DNA of 59,669 nucleotides, the filler included, from Sphacelaria rigidula (Eukaryota), in the NCBI GenBank assembly GCA_964200075.2. It is 9 parts of 9 records of this genome, joined end to end, with 100 filler letters (N's around TTAATTAATTAA, not from the genome) between each part and the next. Parts side by side here need not be neighbours in the genome. Positions count along the whole stretch, not along the records: positions 46,490 to 53,029 come from CAXNAA020019459.1; positions 53,130 to 59,669 come from CAXNAA020019460.1; 7 more parts are not named here. One strand, 5' to 3'. Under the pieces are notes generated by a model, which had not been told where the DNA came from, did not search any database, and saw only the letters and a program-made list of their open reading frames with translations. Numbering within the stretch: the first letter of the stretch is position 1; each line of letters starts with the position of its first letter. Shown one piece after another: positions 48,068-59,669 of the stretch. The position numbers were made by a program, and so were the translations under genes.

Positions 48068-51000
48068 TTACAACGCTCGCATTGAGCCTCGTCTTGTATT
48101 TCTTGTATCCCACCTCTGCAACCCGGGAGCGGTGTAATCCTGCGCACGTGTGGCTCCTTGCATTTTGTCCGCCGTCTCCAAGTTGCCTGCCGGAGCCCTG
48201 CTTCTACGTTTGTCGCCTCGCCGTCTACGTGAACTCCTCACTTCCCCACCATTTGTGTGAGTTCCTTGTTGTTTCTGTTCAATGTATTCGGTACATCCCC
48301 GTTCATCGTCCGGTCCAAATGACTCCACATCCATGGATCCAAGTGCCGTCCGGGCGGTGCGGCGGCCACAGCTTGCGTCGAGCGCGACCCGACCTTTTCG
48401 CGGACGGCATTCTGCCGTGTTTTGCGCGGCAAGCTCTGACTGTGGCTCTTGCTTCACAGAGCTTGTCGTGCTGGATACTCCATCGTCTGTTGTCGGGATC
48501 GTCGCCTGCAAGGTTCCGCAGCAACAGTAGCAGCAACACATGTAGAACGCACGGACAGGAAGCGTTGAGAAACAGGTGGCTGAGTGCCGGCGAGTCGCCG
48601 TGCTTTGAAGGGTAGTTGCAACCGGACGCGGGATAGTTGAACTTGTCGACCCATGAGTAGCTTCCATCAGGAGAGCTGTATAAACGGTGTTCGAATTTTG
48701 CCTGTAAAAGCCGAGATGAAGTGCACGGAGAAGACTCACATCTGTGATAGGAGAGTTGCAGCATCGAGTGTCACCGTCGCGACACCGACTACACGGCATC
48801 CTTGTACGGCAATGATCAGTACACATCGTGAGCTTCATGCTGAACACCCCCCGCACATAAGTGGCTTACTTGTTGCTGCTGCGACAACATTCTCCGTGAG
48901 CACAATTGTCCAGATCGCATACAGCAATCGACACTTCAACATGAAGCAAAAATTGTCCAGCGGACTTGGACGCTCCCGTAGTTCCGACCAATTGCCGAAC
49001 AATAGCACAGACATATACTGAAAGTACTCCTCCATATCCTTGGATAGTGAAAGAAGGCTAGATGACTTTGGGAGGAAGGCAAACAGCTGATTAGCGGGTG
49101 TCAGGCGCACCTTCCTCCCCTCCGCAGAATCCAGCCATTGTCGACCACGACGGCGCAGTCTCGTGTCGCCATCGCAGTTCCCACGGCTGTAGCACGTCGG
49201 TCCCCCTGAAGCTTCCTCAAACCTAGAGTCGATTTCAGAGTCACTTGAAGAATGACTGCTGGTGATGCGCGGCCCCGCCGGGTCAGAGTCCGCGGCGTCA
49301 CATCTCGGTTTTGTTGTTTTCACCCCACTTTCTTGTAAGCAAATCGCCCCCATCGCTCCTCGTTCGCGAAGTTTTTTGTCCTTTGAAGAGTGGCGCACCC
49401 GGACGTTGTTGAGGTGGAAAAAGCGCAGGCAGGCGGGATGATGAGCCGGGGACTCGGATTTTGCGTCCACATGGTTTCCTTGAGTAACGTTTGTATTTCA
49501 TAGATATTTCACGCACGCGAGTGCAAAACAATAAGAGCCTCGATGGTGCAACCACGTACTGCGCATGGTGATCTACGTCATTCTTGACACTACCACGTCT
49601 GTTAAAACCCACCGTACAGTCCATTACAGATGCAGGCAGTGCTATATATGGACAACGCTTACTATTCATGTCATGCGGACATATAGCTCACCAATCTACC
49701 AAGCGCACTGTTGATGTGATCGTGCTGCTCTCGAACAAACTTCATCGACCTGACAGCCATAGTCTTCGCCAAGCTTTCTGTAGGGCAAAACAGCGCGATG
49801 GTGAGCACGTAATTGGATTCATCGTTGTTACCAGCAAGCCGAGCAATCATCGTGACAAAACTTGTGGCGGACCTCGAGAGGAGTGAAAGGTGTGCCAAGT
49901 AGGCCACGTCCAACCGCGTATTACACGCAATGTACACATACCTGATATATCGCAAGTATTTTGTTTTGCAGCGAGTGGCTGTTATCTACCTGCGGAGGGC
50001 CTGCAGCTGTAGGCACACGACGCAAATGCTTCGAAACTGAGAGTGTACTCCCAGAAAATCATGCCAAAACGGCTGCTTCGTTGCACGCGTGGCGATTCAA
50101 CGCAAAAGCGCCCAGTGTTTGAGACGCCATAAAGATTCCACGAGTGGGCAGCCACGAAATGCACACGCGCGAGCGCATGTGGCACGTCAACTTGCCTGTT
50201 CTCTCCGATCGTTCGGCAGCTTCCCTGCCAATTCGCAATGCTTCTTGTGCCGCTTCACGTGCCTTGCTTGCCTCTTCCCTCCCCTTCTCAATGGCTTCCA
50301 ATAAAGCACCTAGCGTCGGTTGCGTGGCTGCGCCCCCGTCACCGTCAGCACCTATCTCCCCGCCCTGCTCGGCTGTACCTGCAGGGAAATTGCTTCCACT
50401 TCGGCTGCACCTCCGGCTGGGGAAACGTGAGGGGTCTTCGGGGCGGCCGACACCGTCGGTGACAACATTATTGCCGCCGACACATACAGCAGTTGTGCTG
50501 TCGTGAATTCCCTCAGTAATATCACCGGGCACTACTCTGAGCGATTCAAGTTTCCTGCTGATTCCTGCAGCATTGGATCCTTTAATAGGTTCTTCGTGGA
50601 CATGTTGCACCTCTTGTTTGGTGTCGGGCATCCCCAGCGTAGTTGCTGTTACATTTGTCTCGGATATCCTCTCTTCCAGCAGGCGCACGCGCTCCTCCAC
50701 CAGGTCCAACTCCATGGACCTAGAAGCTACGCGTGTTGGCGAGTGACTTGTTCGCGCCGTTTCGCTGGTGCTTTCGATAGGGATGTCACATATTTGAGCA
50801 TCGGTCGCACAGTCTACAGCAACACCCGTCATCGGTGTTGCCGTGGTACCTCTTGAGACGACGAGGCTATGCAGCTCTCCTAATCGCTGGTCCACGTCTT
50901 GTATCCAACGAGAGAGACCGGGAGAATCTACCAACGGTTCGCCCTGGAATGAGCCGGACAGGGGCGGCGGAAGCCCGCCATGTCGGCTATATCCGCCACT

Positions 51001-51791
51001 TTTAGCACCGGTGTCGCCTGATGGTCGAATAGACGCCGCGGCGAGTGCAGACATATCGACGTTTTCGACTTTACGCTCTAGGTGCGCTAGCCGTTCCTCC
51101 AGAGCGTCGTTGATTGCCGCCTGCTCTCGTCCTTGCTCCTCGCTGTACGTCTGCGCAAGTCTCACCAGCTTCGTGGCGCTCAGCACCTGCGGAATTTACG
51201 TGACCAGTGAGTGCAAACGTACGGACGGTCATCGAGGAGATCGAATTATTCAAGGTTGGATGGTTGGATGGTTGGATGGGGGAATTCAGGCAAACAACAG
51301 CTGCAACTGAGGTTGGGGGGGGGAGCGACATCCAACTCTGGGCGCTTAAGAGACAGCGTACCCTGTGCTACAACAGTAGAGTAGAGCAATATACTAGTTC
51401 GTGAATAGCCATGATCCCCTAGCAGGGAGCCTGACCGTGCAAATCGAAACTTATTCATGTTTCGAAAGCCCCCAGGATGCTACGATTGAAAACAAGGCTG
51501 CAATCCTCTCACACTCTCTGCGATACATTCATTCGAAGCCTTTTGCTCTCCGCACCTTGTCCTCAGCGGCAGACGTTTGAGCTGCGACGCGCTCCAACCC
51601 TGCGAAGCAATCCTGGACAGCGAGACAAGCGGCGCTGACACGCCAAGCGTGTGCACCCATGTCCGAGAGCAGTTTCTCTTTCGATGGCGCGCTTGGTAGC
51701 AAGTTCCGTTGCCGAGCGAACGCCTCACAGTAGGTACGGTGTCCCCGGCTCTCCGGGTGTAACATTCCCTCTTCTCCCAACGGCTGTAACC
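48068..51791 (-). CDS. Partial spliced gene: uncharacterised coiled-coil/low-complexity protein
   Basis: Exons 51791-51556 and 51186-50196 join in phase (...SAAEDK|VLSATKLVRLAQTYSEEQGREQAAINDALEERLAHLERKVE...). Candidate downstream exons 49777-49700, 49478-49111 and 48505-48068 are phase-compatible but less certain. Confidence 0.6.
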
Positions 51792-53129
51792 CTGATATAA
51801 AAGCCAACGACGGCGTTCAAATCTTTCGATCTTCGCAAATCGATCGCGGATCTGAGCGATGGCAAGGTTGTCTGAGCAATGACTGTTTGACTCTGATTTA
51901 GAGGATCATTACCCTCACTCCAGGCCAGTAAACATCCGAAAAACACAGGACGTGGGGAGAGCCGAGCGGCCACGGCAAAAGAGCTGTGGTTGTGTTTACC
52001 GTTTTTCTGTGTCCATTGATTGTCGAATCAGCAGGGGTAAAAACTATCACTCATCGAGGGCAGCACAGAAGCCTGCGCGCGTATTTACAGGAGCAGGGGC
52101 TTTGAAAATTCAAGGGGCGGAAATAATACAGAGAGCCATATCGTGACAACTGCATTTGCTCCTTCACCATACTGATGTCGACAGCTTCCAGATCAAGGCA
52201 TTCCAATGGAGGGGGCCACGGCGGTAAAGGGTCTTCAGATGTGGCCAAGGTACGTCCTCATGTTGTGTGAATTTGCGCATAGCCGTGGGTATATTTTTGA
52301 CGACACATCAAGTGAGGACTCGTCCATTGCTCGCTGCCTTTTTTGGGGCTGGCTGCACCTTCCCCGCCCCTCGCCCCCTGTTCCACTTTCTGCTGATGGA
52401 GCGATACAATTATACTGATTTCGGACTGCACCAGATATTTTTTTCGGTACCACGTGCCCATCGCGTTCATCTCAGCTGTTGTTGTGCTTGCATGTTGTGT
52501 GTAGCGACTTGCCCCTCGTCTCTATATTCTCCGATAAGATGTTGCTACTCATGGATCTCGTGATTCGGGTTGATGTAAAGTGACCTACGCCTTGGTAATA
52601 TGGATCCAGGCATACAGTGCACGGGTGGGGTTGCTGATGATGCCTCATCCTCGATCTAGGGATGCCGCAAGACCTTTGTGTGGGGCCGCAAAAAAGCCAG
52701 CATTTGAAAGGTCCGACCGCACCAGCAGTCGTATTTGTTCGGCCTTTCTACATTTTCAGAGAAGCAACCAAATTTGGGAACATGGTGCTTGCTCCTCAAC
52801 ATGATGACGTCCCACTCCCATCAATACACCCAGCTTTTCCTCTAAGGATATGTCTGGCTTCAGCTCGCCCTCGTCGCGTGGCCCACCTTGCTCCTTGTCC
52901 GGAACTCTCTCCCTGTCCGGAGCACCTTGACGGGAGGGGGGGGGGGGGGGGGGGTTTTTTGTGGGGCGTTTTTCCAAACTTGGAAGTTGGTACTCCCGGG
53001 TGGTCTTTTTTAAACCCTTTGTTTTTGGGNNNNNNNNNNNNNNNNNNNNNNNNNNNNNNNNNNNNNNNNNNNNTTAATTAATTAANNNNNNNNNNNNNNN
53101 NNNNNNNNNNNNNNNNNNNNNNNNNNNNN

Positions 53130-53164
<35 letters not shown>

Positions 53165-53289
53165 GTGCTACTACTAGTACTACTACTACTACTACTACTA
53201 CCACCACTACTACTACTGCTACTACAACCACCACTACTACTACTGCTACTACTACCACTGCTACTACTACCACCACTACTACTACTACT
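53130..53289 (+). repeat. (TAC)n microsatellite
   Basis: Direct reading; lies at the contig start. Confidence 0.98.
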
Positions 53290-53693
53290 GACTGTATATA
53301 GATACTGCACACGTCATGCCACGCGTTGAACAACATAAATATAATATCGTCGACCCAACGTGACGTGTCTACTACGACAGGATCGAGTTTTTTTCGATGA
53401 GATCAAATAACAATTTCCGTAACCTTTCTTCATGTTATTCATGGATCTCGAACGGGGTGAAGATTCATTCCGTGGAGAGCGGTTTCTCCTATTTCTTCTA
53501 TCATTGGTGCGGTTGATATCAGACTGAATGAAGGCTGAAGAAAATATTTCCCTCCCAGCATCATGGTGAGCTATCTCGGTGCAAACGACGTGATTAGAAC
53601 GGACACCGTAGAGACGTGAAGGTACACGAGCCTCAGGCTAAAATATCGGGGCCCGAGAACAAATGGTCCGAGGCGTGGGGTGTGCAGGGCTGT

Positions 53694-53800
53694 TGATCGA
53701 TTCGATCGATTCGATCGATTCGATTGATTTGATTGACTTGATTGATTAAACTTGATTGATTTTGTTTTGTTTTATTCAATTGATTCGATTGATTTCGATT
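53694..53800 (+). repeat. Degenerate (GATC/GATT) low-complexity repeat
   Basis: TCGATTCGATCGATT...TTGATT runs. Confidence 0.85.
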
Positions 53801-54469
53801 GTCGAAGTTTACTTGATCCCCCAGGGATCCAGCTGTGGTCACATTTTAGGTGTAACGGATACAAAACAAAACTGGGATACTCGCCGAAGGAAGAAAAAGA
53901 AAACAGAAGAGGTAGATCAGAACAATAGAGTAGATTTGAGAAGAAAAAAATACAAGTGGTAGGAATGATATTTCTCGTACACATCTTCAGTATTTCTAAA
54001 TACCCATCTTCAGTATTTCTAGACACCAACATGGTGTCAAAGATACCCCGAAGTTCATCACCCCGGAATGTTCCTCAGGGAGTGGTATTCCACATACTGG
54101 TTACAAAAAACATCGTCCACGTCAATTTCTTGCGGTGGATTTTTTAATGATTCTTCGGTTCCCTCTCTCTCCTCCCCTGCGCACGGTTCATTTTTTCCTA
54201 CGGTTTTCGCCATTTTCCAAAATTAACGGAAAAGCAACAATTGTTTCATAGCCCTGAGTACATCGTGATTGATGATTTCGGTATATATATACATAATGTG
54301 CTCAAAGTTCGGTATCTGGGCTGCTGTGTCTCTGCATTGACGTCATGTGCCCTTCGTTCATGTCCCCGCTCCCCCACGCCCACGCCCCCGCCCGCCTCCG
54401 GGTTGTCGTTCATTGTCATTTTGTCACAAAAACAACACACATGTTTTTCTCCTGCAATTCATCATGTAG

Positions 54470-55877
54470 AGCGGGTCCAGGAGAAAGACTCGCGGTATCG
54501 ACAGTTGGACGAGTCCAAGACGGAGGCAATCAAGCGCTTGGAGGAAGAAACGACTCGAACCAGGTGTGTGTGTGTGTGAGAGAGAGAGAGAGACAGAGAG
54601 GGAGAGAGAGAGAGTAGAAGTAAGTTCGGAAGTTCGGTCATGAGCGACAAACTGATCCATTCCACCGATTGATCGATTGCAGTGTCTCTACAAACTGATC
54701 CGCCACAAATTCAGTCATGGTTGTTTGACGCTTTTCCCAAGACTGAGACAAAAGCGTTGCTGAAGTAAAGGAAGATCCATCCCCTTAAAGGGAGGATAAG
54801 TGGAGTTTTGTTTTACCAATTCTGATTCCGGAGCCAATTTTCTCGCGGTTTTGTGTGGGTACATACGCAAACTGATTCATGATGGCAACGTTCCTAATCG
54901 AATTAAAATATTATATCACTACACGCCGAAACCCTCATCTCAGTCTGGTCCTGTAACTTATTCGACCGCAAGCGGCAATTCGCGTACTACGACATGGTTG
55001 AGCAGCGATATGCAGCACGTTCGCCCCGAAGGGCCGTGGACAACGTCAGACGTCAACCAAGGAAGATTTTCCGGTCATATTCCATGAATTCTTGTTTCTG
55101 TCCACTAAGAATATCGCGGGCTACTTCAACTCGCTTCTCTCGTTCACGAACGCCAGACTCGCGCAGTATGGCACGCTAGGTTACCAACAATTCTTTGAAG
55201 ATTTGAAGTTAGATCTATTTCACGCTCTTTCCCGTAGTAACCACCTTTCACGCTCTTTCCTGCAATCCCCCTCCCCCCCCGTCTTCTTACAGAATAGGGG
55301 TTGGGCATAGTACGAGAGTAATGGAACGAATCAGAGCTCGAATGACTGTCTTCCTAGTGGGAAAGGTGTTTGGCGAGATCAGGGTGGAGTTAGTGCGAAA
55401 TCTTAACGCTCGCGTGCGCGCGTGTGTAGGACGTATCAAATCGCTGCGCACTGAGCTACTGAATAGCCCCTCTATCTTTTTCGTGTGATGAAACGTGGAT
55501 GGCAGCTTTTTTTTTAGAGATGTATGTCGTAGTAGTAACGTGGCAGCGCCCCCCTCCTTCCCCCAACCCACACCAGCACCCAACCTCCAGCACCCTCCTC
55601 CTTATTCTGCCTCTGCCCGGCCACCCGGCCCCCCGCCACTCGAATCAGTGACCTAGAACGCGAAGTGGAGCGATTGAAGGCAGATCTCCGGAGATCGATC
55701 GTCACGGTTCAGCAGCATATCGCCTCCAAAGACCCGCACAGCCCGGTCGCAATTTTGCTCGCTCAAGACCCGACGCTGCTGTCTCTTGCCGGACCATCTG
55801 CATCACCTCCCTCGCCGTCACCGTCGCCGCTATCTTCATCGGCGGCAGCAGCGGCAAAGGTGGCAGAGGCGACGTAG
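54470..55877 (+). CDS. 3' end of a spliced gene: coiled-coil protein of unknown function
   Basis: Exons 54470-54563 and 55649-55877 join in phase: ERVQEKDSRYRQLDESKTEAIKRLEEETTRTS|DLEREVERLKADLRRSIVTVQQ...VAEAT*. Confidence 0.7.
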
Positions 55878-58800
55878 ACGGTGAGGCAATAAATTCCTCA
55901 CGGGACCCCCACTACAGCGTAATACATTTTGTTTCAGGCTTGACAGGGTGCGTTGGTCGGATTCGCCGTTTTGTGCGTGATTTATCTCGTCTGACCTTTT
56001 TCGCATGGATCACTCCTCGAAATTGAATGAGAGTCCCAGAAACAACTCCATGCTACAGTTCCATATTACCATAATAATGCCATTGGGCTCCGGAATCACT
56101 GGTACCACCTTCCGTACAGTGAGTCACACGATTACTGAATATCCAGGGTAATCACGCCGTCTCATCAACGTTCGCATTTGTTCACACATGCCACTACCAC
56201 TGAGCCTTCACCCCGGGAAGGATAGTGCGCGGAATAGTGCAAAACGAAAAGTAGAGATCATGCGCTGCTGCTGAAAGTCTCCAGCACTGGCACTTCATGA
56301 TCATCACAATACACACGGCCGCTGCTCATATATAGAGAGGTCATGAAGCATACCGAACTCCGTCCTCATACTCCGACGGGATCTCCACCACCCCTATGTT
56401 GGCGCATGACGCCACTCACGTGCCACAGCGGTATTCTGCAAAACATGAAGTCACAGCGGTTCGGACCCCTCCGGACTAATAATACAGCGCTGCGGACATG
56501 GTTGGCGATGGAGCCGACGCCCTGAACCCGAATAGCGACGACGGCGGGAGGCGGGGAAAAGAGGAAAGAGACAGAGCTCTAGCAGGGGAGGCCGGTGGCA
56601 TGGATGGCGTTATTCATGCAGTACATGGCTGAGGGCCCGGAAAAATAATATTGAGTGTCTCTCCCTGCACGGATAGTGCTTTTGCTCATCACACGACTAT
56701 GTGTTCACGTATATACACGGTCGGTACTTCTTCAGGGAACGGGTCTCTCCTGTCGTCGTGGAAATATGGAACATTTCGTGTCACACTTAATTATAGTATA
56801 GCGACAGAAATTCCCCGTCACTTTTTGTTTTTAACTTTTTATTTCGCTCAAGAAGTCATCCATGGGGGCAGCCGAAGTGCAAAACTTCGAGAATAATACG
56901 TTTTAGTACGTATAGCTCTGGGATTCCCGCTCGCATTCCTTTTCATCGCGTTTCGTCGGAATATATAGAGTGGACCTCGTCTAGGAGTGCAAAGGTGTCG
57001 GGATGTTTCATGGTTGTTTTGCGAACCACTGCACAACAGAAGATTGATTCTAGATTCCCAAGCATTCTGAGTGAAGTCTGCGGAGAGCATTTCCGTCTTT
57101 CAGGATTTCTGATGCTACCATGCTAGAAATGAACAAGCCCTAACCCTGACTCCAACAAAGGTAGATCGTCGACTCTCGCAAACGCGGGGTCCACCCTACG
57201 TTTGTGGGGAGCGCGCAGTGTGGTGTCGGCTGGTATTAGACACTGCACTCCGCCATCTGCGTTGCGCAGGACGCCGTGCAGGGCGCTGAGCTCTGAAAAT
57301 ACTGATCTGATTAGTTGGAAGCAACTAGCCACTAGACCACTCTCAGTCAGCGCTAACAAACAGGGGTATCAAGTGGCCCTACGCCCAGGAAATATTGTAC
57401 TACCCGTATGACTTGAGGCGGATATCGCAACGCCCGACAACGTTTCGGGGGGGGGAGTATCAGAGTGTATTTAACGTACCAGACCACTGTGCCGAGGTTG
57501 TTTGTAGCTTCGTGACCCCGTGAGAGGATGGGGTACAGATTCGACTCAGATAGTCGATCAATGGTTACGACTGCGATAGTCGATTAATGGACACGGCTGA
57601 CTGCCGATCAAGATGAGGTAGAAATGTATATAAAGCTTTCTTGATGAAGAGGGAAGGAAGGGGAGTGGGCCCGGTAGGCGCCAAAGTCTCAGGATGTGAC
57701 AAGCACCACTCACGTATGTCTAGTCGCCAACATCACAATATAAAGTCATCCTACATAGTACCCGGAACTCAAAACAGGTATGCCACTAGGCCATTGTACC
57801 TTATCCCGACTTGGTGTATCTTACTGAACACCGCAGGCCATCCTACGAACACCCCCCCATTGACTGCGCGTGTCAAAAGTAAGGTTCATGGACCATACTT
57901 GGTGAACAGAACTACTCACCGGAAGAAGAACTCTTCCGCTCACGGCGCATTCAACAAGTGTATCCTCTAATGAAATGAATTTCATCAGCAACCGTAAAAC
58001 AACCGCAAATCTCGAAACTCGTTACTTCTTTCAACGACTATGGGACCAGCCAAGAATCAAATACATCGGTACATTTCTTTTCACGCCAAGACAAAAAAAC
58101 AACGATGGATGAGCTGTGTGTTTCATCACACTGTAGCTCCTGATGGTCAATCCAAGCGAAACGCAAGTCAAATTCTTCAACTGTACTAGCCCATGCCCCT
58201 TACAAAAGCGTGGGTGGTCGTACTTAGCATTCGAGTAACCTGCACCACGCACGCGAGACCGAGCTCCTAGGTAACATATATGAACCCACACAACACAGTG
58301 CAGTTGACAACTTTCGTAACTCGGATCACATGTTGCAAAATCCACTTCACAGTCAGTCAGCTGCCTACAGTACAAGAATCGAACTTCAAAATTCAATTTT
58401 TTCAATCCATACTACAGTGGTGCCTACGTCATCAAGCCAAACTGGACACTCACTACATCTACTTAACCCCTTATTCCCCCTCGGTGACCGGCGGAGCAAA
58501 GCAGCTCAACGCCTCCAGACAAAACACACGATCAGAATCAGCCCCCCCCAATTGTTGCTTATCAAAGTCTTTCCCCCCCCGCTTCTAGGCCACGGGGAAG
58601 GAGTGCTGCATTCATCATCCTTCCCCCATAGCGGGGAGATTCGCAGTGAGGGGTTGATCCTGATCCTGGCCGGTCACCACCCTCCAAAACCAACCGTCAC
58701 GTCATGCTCGTCTCAGCCTTACAGACAGCACCTGTGTCGGACAAGAATGGTTTTTGGAGGCTCAGCGTCTCACATATCGTGCAGACCCGAGGGGAATGGG

Positions 58801-59250
58801 CAGCGGGACAAGAGAAAGGAAAAGTATTGATATCGATGTTACTCAGGCGCGTCAATCACCAACCGATGGACACACTTTTACCACGTTCCGTACTGTGGTG
58901 TCGCGTTACGGCAGTCGCGAACGCACACCCACATATTATACTCGGATTTAGCACTATTATTTCAACTCTTCACTTCTCGTTCACATACAACATATGGATC
59001 AAACGGCAGTTCGGCCGCTATCATCCTGGTTGCATGAAACAGTACACTTTGCCTTTTACATGCCGTGCCAACATGTGTAAACCCGTGTGGAATTCGCCTG
59101 GCCAGCCAACCGAGCAACGACCAGCTCCCATATGGGTGATACAACGCACTCTTCTTTTATCATGCTGTGCCCATGAACCGTATCTCGCTCATAAAGTCAG
59201 CTCTATCTATTAGCCATCAAATATGTGTCATATGTGTTTTGCTGACCTAC

Positions 59251-59639
59251 CTGTAGCACAGGAATTTTGTTTGTGCCCACAGTCACTCTTCCGATATTAT
59301 CATGATCAGGCCAAGCTACTAGTATTGCGCTATACTCAGTCCTCGCTCCTACCATAACAACGAAGTTTCATCAACCGATCCAGTCAAGAAGCCGATGCCT
59401 CGCGAATCCTACACCTCTCGGAATGATAACAACTTTTTCACTTAGATGTCGAGTTTCGGATCCCACCTCAAATTTTGTGGTCTCAACCATCATTCATCCG
59501 CATACCCCTCTGCGGAACATTTTACCGACATCACCCTCTAGTCTAGTCAGACAGCAGTGCCCCACGTGCCTGTACTCACCAAGGCGACGAACAAGGTTCC
59601 ACCTCAACCGATCGAGTAAGGGTGTGGTGCCCCACAGTC
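59251..59639 (-). CDS. Two possible exons of an unidentified gene
   Basis: Good donors GTGAGT (59579) and GTAGGT (59250). Candidate exons 59639-59580 and 59318-59251 join in phase: ...LLDRLRWNLVRRL|VAWPDHDNIGRVTVGTNKIPVLQ. Acceptor sites are weak. Confidence 0.3.
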
Positions 59640-59669
59640 CTGCGCTCATCGGGGTGGCAACAATGTTAC

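Noticed and set aside
53074..53336. Poly-Ser and poly-Val ORFs
   Set aside because: Translations of the (TAC)n microsatellite running into the linker.
57136..57148. CCCTAACCCT, a possible telomerase RNA template or telomeric seed
   Set aside because: A single 10-mer with no recognisable promoter, pseudoknot or terminator. Plausible by chance in 60 kb.

Overview
Eukaryotic nuclear DNA, not prokaryotic. The window is nine unrelated contigs of about 6.54 kb joined by artificial N-TTAATTAATTAA-N linkers: 1-6542, 6643-13184, 13284-19825, 19926-26466, 26567-33107, 33208-39748, 39849-46389, 46490-53029 and 53130-59669. Short exons in long GT-AG introns, a Pmp-repeat gene and the repeat landscape suggest a brown alga or related stramenopile (inference). 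Most ORFs in the supplied track are spurious. By hand-splicing I recover five partial genes: a Pmp/adhesin-like GG[A/P]x/FxxN repeat protein, a SMYD-type SET methyltransferase, a HAD-IIA hydrolase and two coiled-coil proteins of unknown function. Transposons dominate. There is a frameshifted Ty1/Copia element, a degenerate Ty3/Gypsy integrase with a chromodomain-like tail carrying a three-tier nest of TA-duplicating DNA elements, an LTR with a primer-binding site, and several MITEs and foldbacks. The most interesting signal is a tiny (about 95-125 nt) retroposon-like family with 7 copies on 4 contigs. It has two subfamilies sharing a 3' core, ends in or at poly(C) instead of poly(A), and three copies are flanked by about 15-18 bp target duplications containing G/C runs. 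This suggests a G-tract-targeting non-LTR system. No CRISPR array, rRNA or intact tRNA was found.
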